A stretch of DNA of 57,808 nt, the filler included, from Sphacelaria rigidula (taxonomy: Eukaryota), in assembly GCA_964200075.2 (NCBI GenBank). It is 7 parts of 7 records of this genome, joined end to end, with 100 filler letters (N's around TTAATTAATTAA, not from the genome) between each part and the next. Parts side by side here need not be neighbours in the genome. Positions count along the whole stretch, not along the records: positions 33,093 to 41,264 come from CAXNAA020012034.1; positions 41,365 to 49,536 come from CAXNAA020012035.1; 5 more parts are not named here. One strand, given 5' to 3'. Shown piece after piece: positions 34,432 to 47,817 of the stretch. The stretch's first letter is position 1. Each line of letters opens with the position of its first letter. A program made the translations under genes and the position numbers. A model generated the notes under the pieces. It did not search any database. It saw only the letters and a program-made list of their open reading frames with translations, and was not told where the DNA came from.

Positions 34432-37400
34432 CTTGTCGAACTTCTGAAGCTCGCCTTGGAAATCAAACTCCCCAGAGTCTGCGGCCCTTGCTCCCTTCGC
34501 GCCCGCCTGCTCTGGTTGACCACCCCTGGATCGGACATTGAGCAAGGCTTCTCCTGTACCCACCATTGCTTGTGTTGACTGGAGGCAATCACACACACAA
34601 TCACACACGTGAGCCAACATGGGAATGATATGATCTTGTTGAGCAGCGAACACGGGCTACACGAACACCACCCTGTCTTGAAACTTGCCACGGATTGCTG
34701 AATGCACTGCTAAGGGAATTGCACACACGACCTCAGACCTAAAAACGCCGACAACCCACGGATCTGGGCTGACTACGGTCCCAAGAGCAAAAACAAGGAG
34801 CCACCCCAACAACTGGACTACTAGAAGTGGACATAAGCAAACAGAATATGATTACTTCATTATTTCTACCGTTTAATCTTCATATTTGTCGCCATTTGAA
34901 CCCCTCCTCTTCTTCAGGACGAGTCCGTGGTCTCGAGGGATCAGCCCATATATCCCCGGTACACCTCTTGCATTTTGATCTCGCGGATTGGATCATGACT
35001 GTCAACACTTCCGCACCGCGTCAACTCTCGTCAAACAAACTCAACCAACTACTGTTTGTTTACTCACGTACTCACGATTTCGAGGGTGGAAATCAGATTC
35101 CCTTTACCCTAATGGTAACAGTCGGATCACTACAAAACCGCGGCGCGACGGTATAGAAAAGTATAAACACGCTGAGGAGCACACAGTAGCGCCGCTCGAG
35201 GTGGTGGACGCAAAGAGTCATAGGTCCCACGCCGTGAAATCAAGAAGGGGAACAGTGGCTTGTGCGGTAGTAAGCGCACACGGTCGACATGGTGTTCCGT
35301 CTCGGGCAGACACAATCGCTTCGGAAAAATCCCAGTATGACTACTTACTCCAACAAGAACGAGGTTTGTTTGGAAAGGAGGACTGTACCACCAAGTACAT
35401 GAGGTATCACCGCAGGGGCAAATCGACTTTCAGATTTGAAAAAAAAGGCACGCGTCTGGGGCACGCTAGCGACACTCACGACGATAGTCTAAACTTCCAA
35501 AGGTCTCCTCTTCGGAGCAAACAATAATGAAGCAACAGAGGCGGACGCATTGTCGTCAAGTCCACTACTTCCCTCATGAAAGCGGAATCGGCGCCGAGAC
35601 ACTGCTGCAGATTGTTCCGCCACAGGACATACAAAGTATGATGCAGCCATGCTGCATTGCCGCTCGATCTACACAACTTGCAGACATGATTTACGGAATA
35701 TTGCCTGCGGCAAAACGGGACCACTCTTCTGCTGACGCTCACCCCAGCAGCCGGTACTCGATGACCGGCCCAGCCCGCCGCACCGCTCTCACGTGCCCCT
35801 CCGCCACCGCGCCCTCCGCCGCCGCGTCCTCCACCCCCAGCACCCCCCGTTTGGCGCGGCCTAGCTCCGTGACCTCGCCCCCGTGGCGCTCCCGTCGACT
35901 GAGAGCAAAAACAAATTACAAAAAATGTCACTCAATTATACTTGAGAAGCTACACACCGCCATCCCCCCAGTCGCTCAAGTGGCAGCTGAACCAGTTAGG
36001 TCCGAAGAATGCAACTTCAATTTCCGGTGGGTACAAATTACTTCTTTATGATAAGCATTACACGAGATGTCAACCATTTGCAGTTTAGCACCTACACACA
36101 AACGGATCTGCTGCGGTAAGGCAGTGCAAGCGGCGACTGGACGAGATAAGGAGGGAGAGGGAGGGGCGTACTCATTGTTGCTTGCCTTAGTCCTTTGCAC
36201 GTTGACCATACATCCCTTTCGAGACTGAGCAGAGCGGCGGGGGGGGGGGGGAGGCGAGAGGTGTCGACTCAATTGAAGTAGGGAAGATTGGCGACGCACT
36301 GCGACATAACCCTAGGGTAGTGCAAGAGCTTGTGGGAAATCGGCGAATTGGCACTCACGACTCTCCGGGTTTTGCTGGCGAAAACGTTTCTGTTTGACTT
36401 GCTTTGCGGGCAACTATCCGCAGGCAGCTCTCTGCGTTAACGAGCTATTTTCCGGCCCTCCCAAATTAAACCAGTCATGCCGACGGCACGCTGCCCACAA
36501 ACCAGATTCACGGATGGCCTGAAATGCGAAACAAATGACACGTCACCGACCATGAGAAGCATGCATCCATCCTACTCCACGACGCACCTGCGAAGGATAC
36601 TGCTGCTGCTGTGGCCGTGGAGCTTGTCTGTGGGTGTGCGGTGAGGCTCCTCTATGAGCTTGCTGTGCAGCCTGCCCGGCAGCTTGGGAGTTCGCTGCTG
36701 GAGGAGACGCCGCCTTCGGCCTATCCACCGCTCCTTGGAATTGTTGCCCTTGCCCATTTGGCGGTGCTGTTGCGGCTGCGGCCGGTGGTGGTGATGGCTG
36801 TGCTGCCGGGCTAACTGAAGACCCTCCGTTGGCAACGCTGTGACGCAAGAAAAAAAGGAACAAGACGAGTGGAACAAGATAGTGTTGGGGCAAGCGGTGA
36901 TACAAACGACGAAGTGAGGTAACTGCTCGTGTTCCATGTTCGAGGTCGACAGTTTGTGGTGGGGGTCCTCCAGACAAAACAGCTTCATCGACAGTAGCAG
37001 TTGTGGATGTCCAGGGAAAGTGCGTCAACAGTACGAGGCCAATACGGGGAAACTCAGTCAAGCCTCCCGCCCAACAAAATGATGCTCGGCACGTTTGGGA
37101 GTCTTGGCCGCCCTAAAAACTCGCATCTCGCCCGTTTTCGCCCTTCCTGCCCAGACATGAGTGTTGTTTAACAGACAAAAGCGCCCCTCGCTTCCACATA
37201 CATCAATGCAGCAACCCCCAAGCCAAGTGATCAATACGTTACATGTTGGACACCACGCTCTACCCATCTATGCCAATCAACTCAAGCGCCCTCGATCCAT
37301 ACCTTGACGCTACGTGACCAGACGGAGCGGGCAGATCACGATTGGGCTGCTGCTGCTGCGGTTGTTGTTGTTGATGCTGCTGCTGCTGCTGCTGCGGGGG

Positions 37401-40400
37401 AGATTGCGGGGGGGGCGGGGGGGGGCATTCAGACATGTGTGGGGGCATCCATTACTGAGGCTACAGCTGCTGCTGTTGGTGCTGAGGGTGAGAATGGGTA
37501 AGTGGGTTGTCCTGCAACCCAACACAGTACACAACGACAATAATTGCAAGTCGAAACTACGCATCAGAACTACAGCATGGCTCGAACTCGTCGGCATCTT
37601 AACCGCGACGGTACAGACAGTAGCAGAATGTTTGGAAGTAGGCTTCGTTGAAATGTCATGGTATTGGCAAGCGTGTGCCAAATATCCTGGAGCTACCTAC
37701 ACGGTATACTGGCTAGTGCATGCCAAATAAAATTGGCAATTCAAAAACCTGCAAGCATCGTTTCTCCCTCGCTTCATAGTCGAAACAGCTGGCTGGTGAA
37801 GTACGCAAAATCCGACTCCAGTGCCAGCAATAGGTATACCATCATACGATCACCATGTATCGTAGAAGTGAAGAGAACCCACACGGGGTCAAAAACCACC
37901 AAGGATTATTCGAACTGATGTGTTATTCGGTACCAGGTCAAACGTTGGATGGGATTGAAAATATGCCATTTTTTCAGGACATTCAACAGTGTTCATGCCG
38001 TTTTACTCCTTTTCGGCAGCAACGGATCCTGCCAGCTGTTACGACGCTTCGCCTGTTCATAGATAAATACTCCAAGAAACACAGCTAACAAGCACCGTTT
38101 GGGCGTCGCTATATATCTGAGGGCACTGGGCTCAACGTCACGGCTCCAACTCGCGCGACAGCTCGAGGTGCAGCCCCCCTCACGCCAAGTGTGGGTTCTG
38201 CCACGGACAGCTGGAAAGCTACCTGGCGAGAGGCTACGTCCTTACAGACAGTAAGTACCACAACCCCCGCTACCTTGGTGATATCAATCTGACATCCATG
38301 GGGGGTGGGCGCTATGGTACTATTCTCCCAACATCAAGTTAGAGATGGATGCTACGGTAGGGGTGCACAAATATCTTCCGAGGTTGGAATTGTTGGGAGC
38401 CCTCTGCCTCATCCAAAACACGACTCATGAAATATGTGAGAGTACGCCAGGATTACTATTCTACTGTGCTCAAGATATCCCGAATGGATTTGCAAATGGG
38501 GACGCCCTGGGCCATATTCCTGTGCATCTAGCATCATTACGAGCCCCTGAACTGGATAACATTTTGAGCAAAACGTGCACCCCTACCGTAGCATTGCTCC
38601 AGAGTAAGGTTGATTAAAGCTAGTACGTGACAATGTTGGTGGTCCAGTAACGCCCATCTCGCGGGTTGTTGCGGAGAATCTCACCATCTAACAAAGTGGC
38701 ATGTTGTGCAAGTCTTGTTCCATGCCAGACAGTCGGCAGTACAGTACTCGTGTGCACGGAGTGGCGCCGATGGCTGAGAACACAGTATCAATTTAGTCAT
38801 TGAGGTCCGGCTACGGGGTACGTTTTGAGTAGTAACCGCTTGCGATCTGCGGCGTGAAGTCCCTCTTGTGCCGTGCTGATTCCTCTCCGGACGATCAGTG
38901 TCTGCCGAGCCAGCCAGCCGTCCTGATCGTGACGATCCCTCTTCACACGGCGGTTCCTTGTCTGGGCTGAATACAAACGATACTGTGGAGCATGACTACT
39001 TTTACTGAAGCACCACAGCCGGTGATACATGAAAAAAATCAGTTAAAACCAAGCCTGCATATTATCCAAAAAGGAGCAGGACTAGATGGCCCCAAAACAC
39101 GGAACATGGCACACTTTGTCGTATGCAGTGCACGAGTCTCTGAGAGGAGTGTGGTCTATTGTTTCGATTTGCAAGGCTCCAAGTTTTCGACAGTGGCGTC
39201 TTGACAATAGTCCAGTAAACAATTTTTGAATAGGATCTATTTTAGTCAAGTGGCTGATTTCGAACCCTCGGAGCCTACAACAGCGAATCGGACTAAAAGA
39301 CCAGGCTCCCCTCAGGTGGCGGCAATATTTCCTGTTCCTAAACTTCAACATGATGAGAGGTTATGCATGTACAATCGTCATCAGGGGCTGCGCGTTGCTT
39401 CACGTTAAGATCGTCGCTTAGACCTGAACCCTTGTTCGGGCGTGTCTTCGCACATTCTTTTCAATCGGAGAAATTCATTCGTTTTTTCGAGGTGGGTCCA
39501 AGCGAATTTGCAAGCTTTCGATTGAAAAAAGACAGTGAAGTTCGTGAAACGGTACTTGTTCGCTTGCATAGATTGTACTGTCCGCACTGTTTCACACCCT
39601 GTACAACAGATTACATCGTCAAAAAGTGTACAGCGTAGAGTATCGACTATAACGTCTACTGCAATAGACAATGGATTCCAGACTGTGTGCAGTACACTTG
39701 GAATCTATTGTCCAGGGTGTGCATTGTTTGCATACAGTGTGGCTGAGTGCGTGTGTGTGCCTGTTCCGTACAGAGGCATGCGAAAGAGAAGCAGGCAACG
39801 CGCAGTACAGACAGCGCAAGACTAGCTCTATACTCTCTGCTTACAATGCGACGTGAAAAGGACTTCAACAACGTGCAGGTTTGTACTACCTGAACTGTCC
39901 ATGAGCGTGTGTGTTCGTAAGTCGGTTGCCCACCCCACCACGTAGCTCCGTCGCCTATTCATGGGAGATGATGCTTAAGTTTCCGCCAACAAATAATAAA
40001 CACATCATGCCCGACTACTGCAGTGTATCTATCCCTGTGCTCAGCCCGTGCTCTATACTGCAGGGTTGCGGTGGTAGCTGGGAATAAGTTGTGTGGGGTA
40101 TGCATGGTTCAGTGAACGTCGGGTGGTTTATCTGGCGTGGTGGTCTGCAAGATTGGAGTCACCTGCCCCTTCGTATCTTTCCTCCGCATGTTTTCGATGG
40201 CAAAAGCTTAGCTTGACCAGGGGGCAGCGTAAACGACAATTCTGGAAATGTAGGCCCCCAAGATCGAAAATTTGAGTTTTTGAGGGGGGGGGGGGGTACC
40301 CAGCTGTCTTCCCTCTGGTTTTCGTCAGTGTTTTAGATCAATTGTTTGAAACAAAATTAAGGAAAAAAATAAAATAAAAATCACGACAGTCTTCGGAAAA

Positions 40401-41016
40401 ATGCCCTCCGGCTTCGGAGGTCATCGGGACAGAGCAGGCAAGGAATAGAAGCAGGTATACGAAACCCGCAAAGCCTGAAATAATCAAAACAGTCTTTATT
40501 GACCAATTTCTTGCGACGAAGTTGACAATAAATATATTTGAGAAATCATGAAAATTTTCGAAAAAACGGGGGGGGGAAGGGGGCTACATGTCCAAAACAT
40601 TTATCCGCGCTGCCCCCCTGGCTTGACTGTTGTTTACTCTTTGTCCGCGCGCAGGTAATTGTAAAAAATGCTTGAAGCCAGGTAGGAACAGAAGTGCTAT
40701 GGATCTATCAGACAGAAATTTTTCTTTTCCGCCGCACTTTTGCGATCGAAAAAAATATGCCAAGACATACCCTATCATGTAGCCTAGATTTGCACAGCAC
40801 GACAATATTCAAACCGTAACGCGACAGAAAACATTATCATGGGTATAGTAATGTCTGCAAAACTCATGCCCACTGATAACGCACCGCAACGAAGGCAGGG
40901 CTGAGGAGGGGAGGCGGGCCAGGGGGCGGTGGCGGCTGAACGAACTGTGGAGGCGGAGGAGGAGGCGGAGGAGGCTGGGGTGGAGCACTTGGGCCGCCGG
41001 TTGGCCTGCTGGCACC
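34432..41016 (-). CDS. FDF-motif mRNA decapping/P-body protein (LSM14/Scd6/DCP5 or EDC3 family), internal exons (partial gene)
   Basis: Five phase-compatible exons: 41016-40885 (Pro-rich), 37391-37303 (poly-Q), 36837-36588, 35898-35743 (RGG repeats) and 34578-34432, ending GEFDFQGELQKFDK|GT. That last peptide is the FDF motif of LSM14/EDC3 proteins. The LSm domain and FFD/TFG exons were not found on this contig. Confidence 0.7.
36163..36235 (-). mobile_element. Short 3' fragment of the LINE family seen at 56310-56640
   Basis: ggggcgtactcattgttgcttgccttagtc...gaccatacatccctttcgagac aligns with 56314-56376. Confidence 0.65.
38344..38599 (+). mobile_element. MITE with 4-bp TSD (Sola2-like), copy B
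   Basis: TIRs gatggatgctacggtaggggtgcac / gtgcacccctaccgtagcattgctc; flanks TAGA/CAGA (1 mismatch). Colinear with copy A in the opposite orientation. Confidence 0.8.
40218..40620. mobile_element. Non-autonomous TIR element with 7-bp TSD
   Basis: Imperfect TIRs of about 40 bp, cagggggcagcg...ggaaatgtaggcccc / ggggctacatgtcc...cgctgcccccctg. GCTTGAC is duplicated at 40211-40217 and 40621-40627. Confidence 0.75.
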
Positions 41017-41264
41017 CTGCGAATCACATGCGTAGGAAATATACGTTGGGATGATGCGTAAGGTGGCTTTACTAAGCGAGTCATATGACGAGCCTTCATG
41101 AAAACGGAGCAGGACTGTTCCCCTGCCAATCTCAACTTTTCAGAGCATTCACGCGAATTCAAACTGGTTTTCGAGATCGCTGTCCTTAACATCCCCAGCT
41201 GCACAACAATAAACAGTGTTTTCGTGAGATTGAGAGTAGATGGTACGATTGAGAGTGAAAAGCG

Positions 41265-41364
41265 NNNNNNNNNNNNNNNNNNNNNNNNNNNNNNNNNNNN
41301 NNNNNNNNTTAATTAATTAANNNNNNNNNNNNNNNNNNNNNNNNNNNNNNNNNNNNNNNNNNNN
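41265..41364. other. Artificial contig linker
   Basis: N44-TTAATTAATTAA-N44. Confidence 0.98.
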
Positions 41365-43742
41365 AGCATGTGGATGAGGGTAACAGGAGAGCGGGGAACA
41401 AAGGACTTCTTCGTAGGGAACACCTATATGCCCCCAGAATCGAAGAGTAGGGTCAACGATATACAGCGGAGGTTTGGAGAGATAACAGCAGATGTACATA
41501 GGTATAAAAGGCAAGGAGAAGTAATGTAAGTGGGAGGTTTTGATGCAAGGGTTGGAAGAGCAGGTCAACCGAATGATCTCAACGGGCAATACGCGGAAGA
41601 CAATAACATGAATGGGGTAGAAATGCCCAAGTTCCTCGAGCATAACGAGATCAAGACGCTGAACGCCAGAGTACGAAAGCCAGAGACGCAATGGACATGG
41701 ACGAGGGAGTGCAGACGGGAAAAGAGAGAAAGCTCTGTTCTCGACTACATAGCGGTAAAACATGGAAATAGTGGAGAAATGGACGTACATGTATGCGCGG
41801 AGGACGTGGGAACCACAAATCACTGCCTAATATGGACATAAAGCCAACAGACGAGAGCTGAAATAATAGGTGGGGTGGGATGTTGTACAAATGGAGAATC
41901 GATGAACTAGATACGGAAGAATATCGGCAAGCGTTCCAAGAAGAGATGAACAAAAATGCAGTGACATGTTCTGAGATGTTGGAACGCGTAGGTACAGTTG
42001 ACACCGAAATGGAAAGAGATCGGGCAGGAGCGAAGATTGTAGAAAGTTCGGAGCAGCTGGTGAACAACACAGCGAGTAAAGTCATAGAGAAGAAGCTGAT
42101 GGTATGAAACGGAGCAGTAAAATGGTGGGGTGAGGAAGTGAAGGAGGCTATATAGGAGTTAGGAGAGAGGCTCACGCGAGATGGATGTCGAGCAAAACTA
42201 CGGGAGGATGAGAGGAGTATACTAAAGCTCGAAAGGGAGTCAGAACTGTGGTACAGCAGAAAAAAGGAAGTATGGGAAGACGTAGTGAATGAAACAAATG
42301 AAGATTTCGATGGCGGGATGAAACAAATGTGGGTAGGAATAAAAGGGATTATGGGAAACCAGGCAAAAAAGATAGACAAGGGGAGAGCCACACTACGGGC
42401 ACGGAACGGTAAAATGGTTAGTAGTTCGAAGGGGAACGATAGAAGTGCTAGTCGAGCACTACCGTAAAGTAGGAACACCGGAAACAACCACGGAGTTCGA
42501 CACGGAATTCGAAAAAAGAATCAAGCCGTGGGCAGAAGCAAATGTAGAGACGCCAAAACGGGAGGATAGAGGCTCGAAACAATTGAAGAGGGATTTTACC
42601 AGAGATGAGGTGAAGAAGTGCGGAGCTAAACTCAAGAACAGAAAGGCACCAGGGGCAGACGGAATAGTGAATAATTTCTGAAGCATGGGGGGGAAGGAAT
42701 GATTACCGTGATGGTTATGCTGTTTAACTGGACATGGGGAAACGAATACATGCCCAAGAGATGGAAAGAAGGAATAGTCGTCAATCTCTTCAAAAAGGGA
42801 GACAAGGCTAACTCAGGGAACTATAGAGGGTTAACGCTACTGAGCACGGTGGGGAAAACGTTCTGTAAGATTTTGAATGATGGTGTAGTAACGATGCTAG
42901 AAAACGACAAGAAAATAAGCGAGGGACGAGCAGGCTTCAGACCAAACCATAGTTGCGTGGACCATGTGTACACGTCAGGTAAAATTATTCAAGGTAGGAA
43001 AGACGCCGAGCTGACAACGTACTTTTTCTTTCTGGACATACAAAACGCTTATGGCAAAGTATGCAGAAGTGGGCTGTGGAAAACGTTGTGAGAAACTGAC
43101 ACAAGAGGAAAAAATATGGAGAGTGGTGAAGATGACAGAATGTGCCAAAAGTTCCATGATGCTAGACGGGGAAATATCGAAATATTTTGATATTTTACGA
43201 GGTGTTGCACAGGGATAAACATTATCAATCGCTTTATTCAGGGTATTTATCAACGACTTGATAATGGCAATAGAAGCAGCAAAGCAAGGGGTCAAGATTG
43301 GTGAAGATATATGGTATCAGGATTGATGTTCGCGGATGATTTTGAGGGAATTTCAGAAACAGCGGAAGGATTACAGGAACAGATAGACAAGGCGCTAGAA
43401 TACACAAGATAATGGAGAGTGACAGCGAACGTTAACAAATGCACGGTACTCGTCTATAACGAAGATAAGAAAAATCCGGTAGAGTTCAATTGGAAGTTGG
43501 AAGGAGATGAACTGCCGATCGTAGACCAGTATACATACCTTGACGTAGAGATATTAGGACACTGTTCTTGGGACGCACACATAAACAAAGTAATAGAAAG
43601 GGTAAGGCATAGAAAGGCAGAATGGACGTGGTCCTTAGAAACCCGCACCTAGACACTAGGATCAAGAGATGTATCCTGATGAACGTGATTGTACCAAAGC
43701 TGGAATATGCAGGAGAAGTATTAGAGCAGAACGTGAAGTTGG
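41365..43742 (+). mobile_element. LINE (non-LTR retrotransposon) pseudogene: APE endonuclease plus reverse transcriptase
   Basis: APE-like motifs YMPP, GGFDARVG, WTW, SVLDYI and TNHCLI. RT motifs KAPGADGI, LFKKGD..GNYRGLTLLSTVGKTF, AGFRPNHSCVDH, FLDIQNAY, GVAQG, LMFADD and YTYL. Multiple stops and frameshifts; strongly purine-rich plus strand. Confidence 0.92.
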
Positions 43743-44034
43743 TGGGGGGTGGGGGGTGGGGAGGGGGGTTGGCAAAGGCTTGAGCTTCTGATTTAGACGG
43801 ACACTGAATGGTGCAATACGGTGGGTGGTAACACGTGGATTATTTATATAAACTCGTAATGTGGAAAAGAAGTTCAGCGCGGCAAAAACGATGATGATGA
43901 TATTTTCGAAAGCAATAGGTGTATGTCACCAACTGCTCTACCCTAAAACTGGTACTAATTATACATGGACATAACCAAGCATCTCTGCATGAAAGTATGG
44001 TTTCGTTGTTGAGACCAAAATGGGGTAACGCACA

Positions 44035-44275
44035 AATTTTCCGTGAGGACGAGGAGGAGAATGTCGCGGTTACGTTCCCGTGCAAACCGGACGGGGCGGA
44101 AATTTCGGCGCCCCCTCATTATGGTTTTGAGGACGGGAAACCGTATCCCTATCGTCCGGTCGTTTTTCCAACGGAAACACGGTCGCGTCCCGTGTCACGG
44201 CCTTTGGGGGAAGCGGAAGTTCCTGTCCCGAACTCACGTGACGAGTCATGTTATACACATGTTTTCCCGTGTACT
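44035..44275. repeat. CCCGT/ACGGG motif-rich element fragment
   Basis: Repeated ttcccgtg, acggga and gtcccg motifs in both orientations, typical of subterminal repeats. Termini are not resolved. Confidence 0.4.
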
Positions 44276-45124
44276 GCTGCCTACACGCTTGGGGAGAATT
44301 CAGTAGCATAGGTGTTCCAGTCAATCCAGACACAGTTTCGGCGGGTCAACTGAAAGTTCTTCTGTTCCACGGCCGTGGTGCTCCCTTCCTTGGCGCCAGA
44401 CCCCCAAAGTGGACCCTGGGTGGATACTAGGATTAACTGTGAGAAAATTGAATTTGGTGAACAGCACCGAATGTCATGAAGCAGGGGTCCCCGGACACAC
44501 GGTACCTCGTCGTTATAGGTCGTGGTCGTGAACAGGACAACTGCTCAGCTCCAGCGCCGGGGATACCGGCGCTAGAGAGGAGTTCCTGATTTTGATACGG
44601 AATGAGGCCTAGCGCTCGAGGGGTGACTGCGGTAGTGGGCCCGCTACACTTTCGACCCATCTTTTGATGCTACTCTGATGGTGCAGTGCTCGACCCGTAC
44701 CAAAGCGGTGACTACTAACAAGGCGGGGTAGGCCTTCAGGGCGGTGCTCTCGGCTCGTCGGATGCCACCTTACTGCGTGTCTGCTAGGTCTGCCAGGCGT
44801 TTCTCGTTGGCTTGTCGTGTGTGCTTGCTTTTTCGACCTTTTTGTTGTTGTTGATTTGTTTGTAAGAGGAAAAACGAACAGTTGTGCATTTTTTCTCCAC
44901 CACTCGGGTTTCATCGAACGAAGGGATTTGTTCCGTGTTCGTGATTTCGTGACCATCGCTGGATTGAGTATTTGCTTATCTGTTCACGTGAGCCCTTGCA
45001 TTGCCATTGCACTCATCAATCAATCAACCCACCAACCGAGCACTACTGCGCGGGTGGTACACGGTTCCGTGCCTGTGTTCGTCGACGCAGGCGTACCCCG
45101 ATCAGTGCCTAGACTTTCGTCTCA

Positions 45125-46307
45125 GTGAATTGGAAGAGACCTCCAGGGAAGGTTCATTGTGGCCGCCGTACGTCCAGATCTTGGTGAGTAGATGGGAAGA
45201 TGAGCTGTATTGTTTCACATCGGTAGTACAGTTTACTTACCTTCAGTTTATGTTTTAATCGGCATGCAAAGGACCTGTTTCTACTAACCGTTCAAGCGCC
45301 AAACTTCGTTTCCCTACTGTGCTATTTGTCCGTTGACAAGACCCGCGGAGTATAGTATCGAGGAGGTTGTACTCATGATCTTGCACGCCGTAGTTATCGG
45401 ACCATTGATCTCGCATCCCTACCAAGCTGGGACGGAACACGCCGGGTATTCGCCGGACCAGGTTCGCAATCAATCACCAAGGGCGAAGCGCCGCGCTTTG
45501 TTCAGCGAGTCGCATGAAGGGCGAGCTGCATCCTGCTAAGACTGCCTGGTCCGGAGCGTTGTAATTATCTTGCGTATGAACGACAGGCTACAATGAGTTG
45601 CTTCATTTCCTGGTATCGCCACCTTCCGAGATGGCCACGGGTCACGCCCTGCCTCGTGGTTGTCTCACCGTTTTCTTGAGAATGGGGGTTGTCTAGATGG
45701 TGAAAATGTTGGGGGGAGATGGCAAACCATGCTGCTGCGAGGGGGCCCGCGCAGGTTAACGGGCGTTTCGGCTTGATACCTCTTCAAAACCTGAGGTTAT
45801 TCTCGACCTGAGCTGGAGGGTTGCGTTTCTTGCGCACAAGATTAGTTGCGCTTTGCCGAGGTTCGTGCGGAAGCCAATGAAGGAACCTCGTTACAATCGC
45901 AGGCCCTTCCTAGTACGTTTTGCGGGAGTGTACAGCCTCGCCATTGTTGAGAGACAAAATGCTCCCACTATACCAAGATAGTCAATACTGAAACCTGTAC
46001 CTTATACTCGAGTAGGCACAGACTTGATGACTTGGAGAGCGGTCGTCCGACGCCTCACGTGGTAGATGGGGGGGGGAGGGAGATTTCACCATCGGAATAA
46101 CGGCACGCCCGTGACAGGTTTATCCACGTTATTCCACTCCGTCTGTTTCCTCTATTGTTCTTCGTTTGCTTCCTTTTTTTCTAAAGTTTCTTTGAGCGAG
46201 TGTGTTTGTTCATTTACGTTGACCAAGTGTACCCTGTTGTAACGGCTAGATTCAATGTGGGTCAGTAGTCAACAGGCGATAGAAAGCGATCGAACTCATA
46301 AAAAAAA
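45125..46307 (+). mobile_element. Probable decayed 3' part of a non-LTR element
   Basis: Fragmented coding-like sequence, then a G-tract (about 46067-46080), a T-rich UTR-like segment and an A-tail (cataaaaaaaa at 46297-46307). No diagnostic motif was recognised. Confidence 0.35.
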
Positions 46308-46699
46308 GTGTACTAGATATCTACTCCAGCTGTGTACGTATTCTATTGCGATAGGTGTACATGCATACCCCCGAGTGTGTTGAGAATAAAGCCACGTACC
46401 ACGGGTTGGCTCTGTTTGTGTCTGACGCTGCGCTCCCTCATGCATACGCTGCGGAGCTTCATGACGTGTCATCCACTGGTACCACACACGTGCGAAGCTT
46501 TTCCGTTCGCTGTTTTCCCACACTTATCAGTCTGCTTTGCTTCTCTTCCTCAAATACAACTTCTGTTCTTTGCTTTCCTTTTTCTGTCTCTTCGTCCAGC
46601 TCATGTGGACTCTCGGCCCGCATGAGGACTATGTTGCCGATTATCAGGACTCGCTCGTGGAGGAAATAAGGTGGGCACCGGGGTTCGGAAAAAAAATCG

Positions 46700-46900
46700 T
46701 TTGCCAACCAAATGTTGAAGGGGAGAAATCTGGTCAGAATGCCGGAATTGAAATCACCTGGGATTATTGTTCTGAATTTTCCCAGTAATCTGGGCTTCAG
46801 ATCACGCGCGCTTTCGGGTGATGTGGATCTGAGGTGTGGCCAGTGAAGAGGTGCTCCCTGTGCCGTCATCGTGACGCCAATTTGGTGCATAGCTTATCGT
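46700..46900 (-). pseudogene. Decayed LINE APE endonuclease fragment
   Basis: Minus strand reads SYAPN (about 46893-46879), then after a frameshift IIPGDFN (about 46767-46747). This is the canonical order of APE motifs. Confidence 0.5.
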
Positions 46901-47817
46901 ACAGTGAGGGAGTAAGTTAGATCGTGCAAGCAATGTTTCGCCCACGTAGATGCTATCCAGGGAAACTTGGTCTCGCCCCAAACTGCATCGTGTTTGTCTT
47001 GTTATGAGAAGAAAAACGTGACAAGTTTCATGTTTACCACCGTTATGTCTGCACCATGCAGGACTATTTATTTACAGTTGCCACCGTTCCTGATTTTAAC
47101 TCATGCTATACCGGAACTCGAGCAGAGCTTTCGGTATTGACTTGCAGGTGGGGAAATTGCCATTCCAGCCATCTTCGCAGTGGCCAGAGCATCATCGCGC
47201 TTGTCTTTCTTTCGATCGACCTTTGCTCACGACCATGGAATGTTTTTCTGGTGTAACTGTTTAGTTCACTGGTGATATGGCCGAACGTTTCACTTCCATG
47301 TCACCAGCATCACGCGTAAGGATACTAAAGGTGACGCCAGAAAATCTATTCCCACCCAAATCACTTGAACCCACATAACAGCCAGAGTTTGCCCCAGATT
47401 GCCGCGCAGAAGGGGCGGACTCAGAGGAGGTCGATGTGTGCATCTTCTCTCCACTTTCACGGCAGGAGAAATGTCCTTCGCAGCAACAAATACCTTTCTC
47501 CATTGTAAGGAACGTTCTAATTATCACAAAGGTTGACGGTGTTCCATTTACTCAGAACAAGTGACGTATCTCGAACTCGAGTTCTTGGCTTTCTAGCTCG
47601 TTCTAGGCTCTCCCTTCCTCCCGATAATATTCTGGGAAAAGTCCGGAAATGCGTGAAGTGATCCCAAACCTGACGGGACGTACTCCACTTGAATGACCTG
47701 CATCACTTTTCTCTCTGATGGTGCTTGCGGTGCACTACGGATACTGTCAGATATGTGTGTGTGTTTTGAGTGCGTTTCGTCTCACCCATCCTGGACCTCA
47801 ATCTATGCATTTCAGGA

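Noticed and set aside
37392-37485. TAG and TAA in frame within a Gln-rich stretch (HQQQQL*PQ*WM), suggesting TAR-to-Gln recoding
   Set aside because: A C-rich tract and CAG acceptor just downstream place these codons in the intron. About 690 TRAPPC9 codons and the 491-codon ORF contain many Gln but no in-frame TAR.
41651-42487. 278-aa minus-strand ORF
   Set aside because: It is the antisense shadow of the purine-rich LINE.
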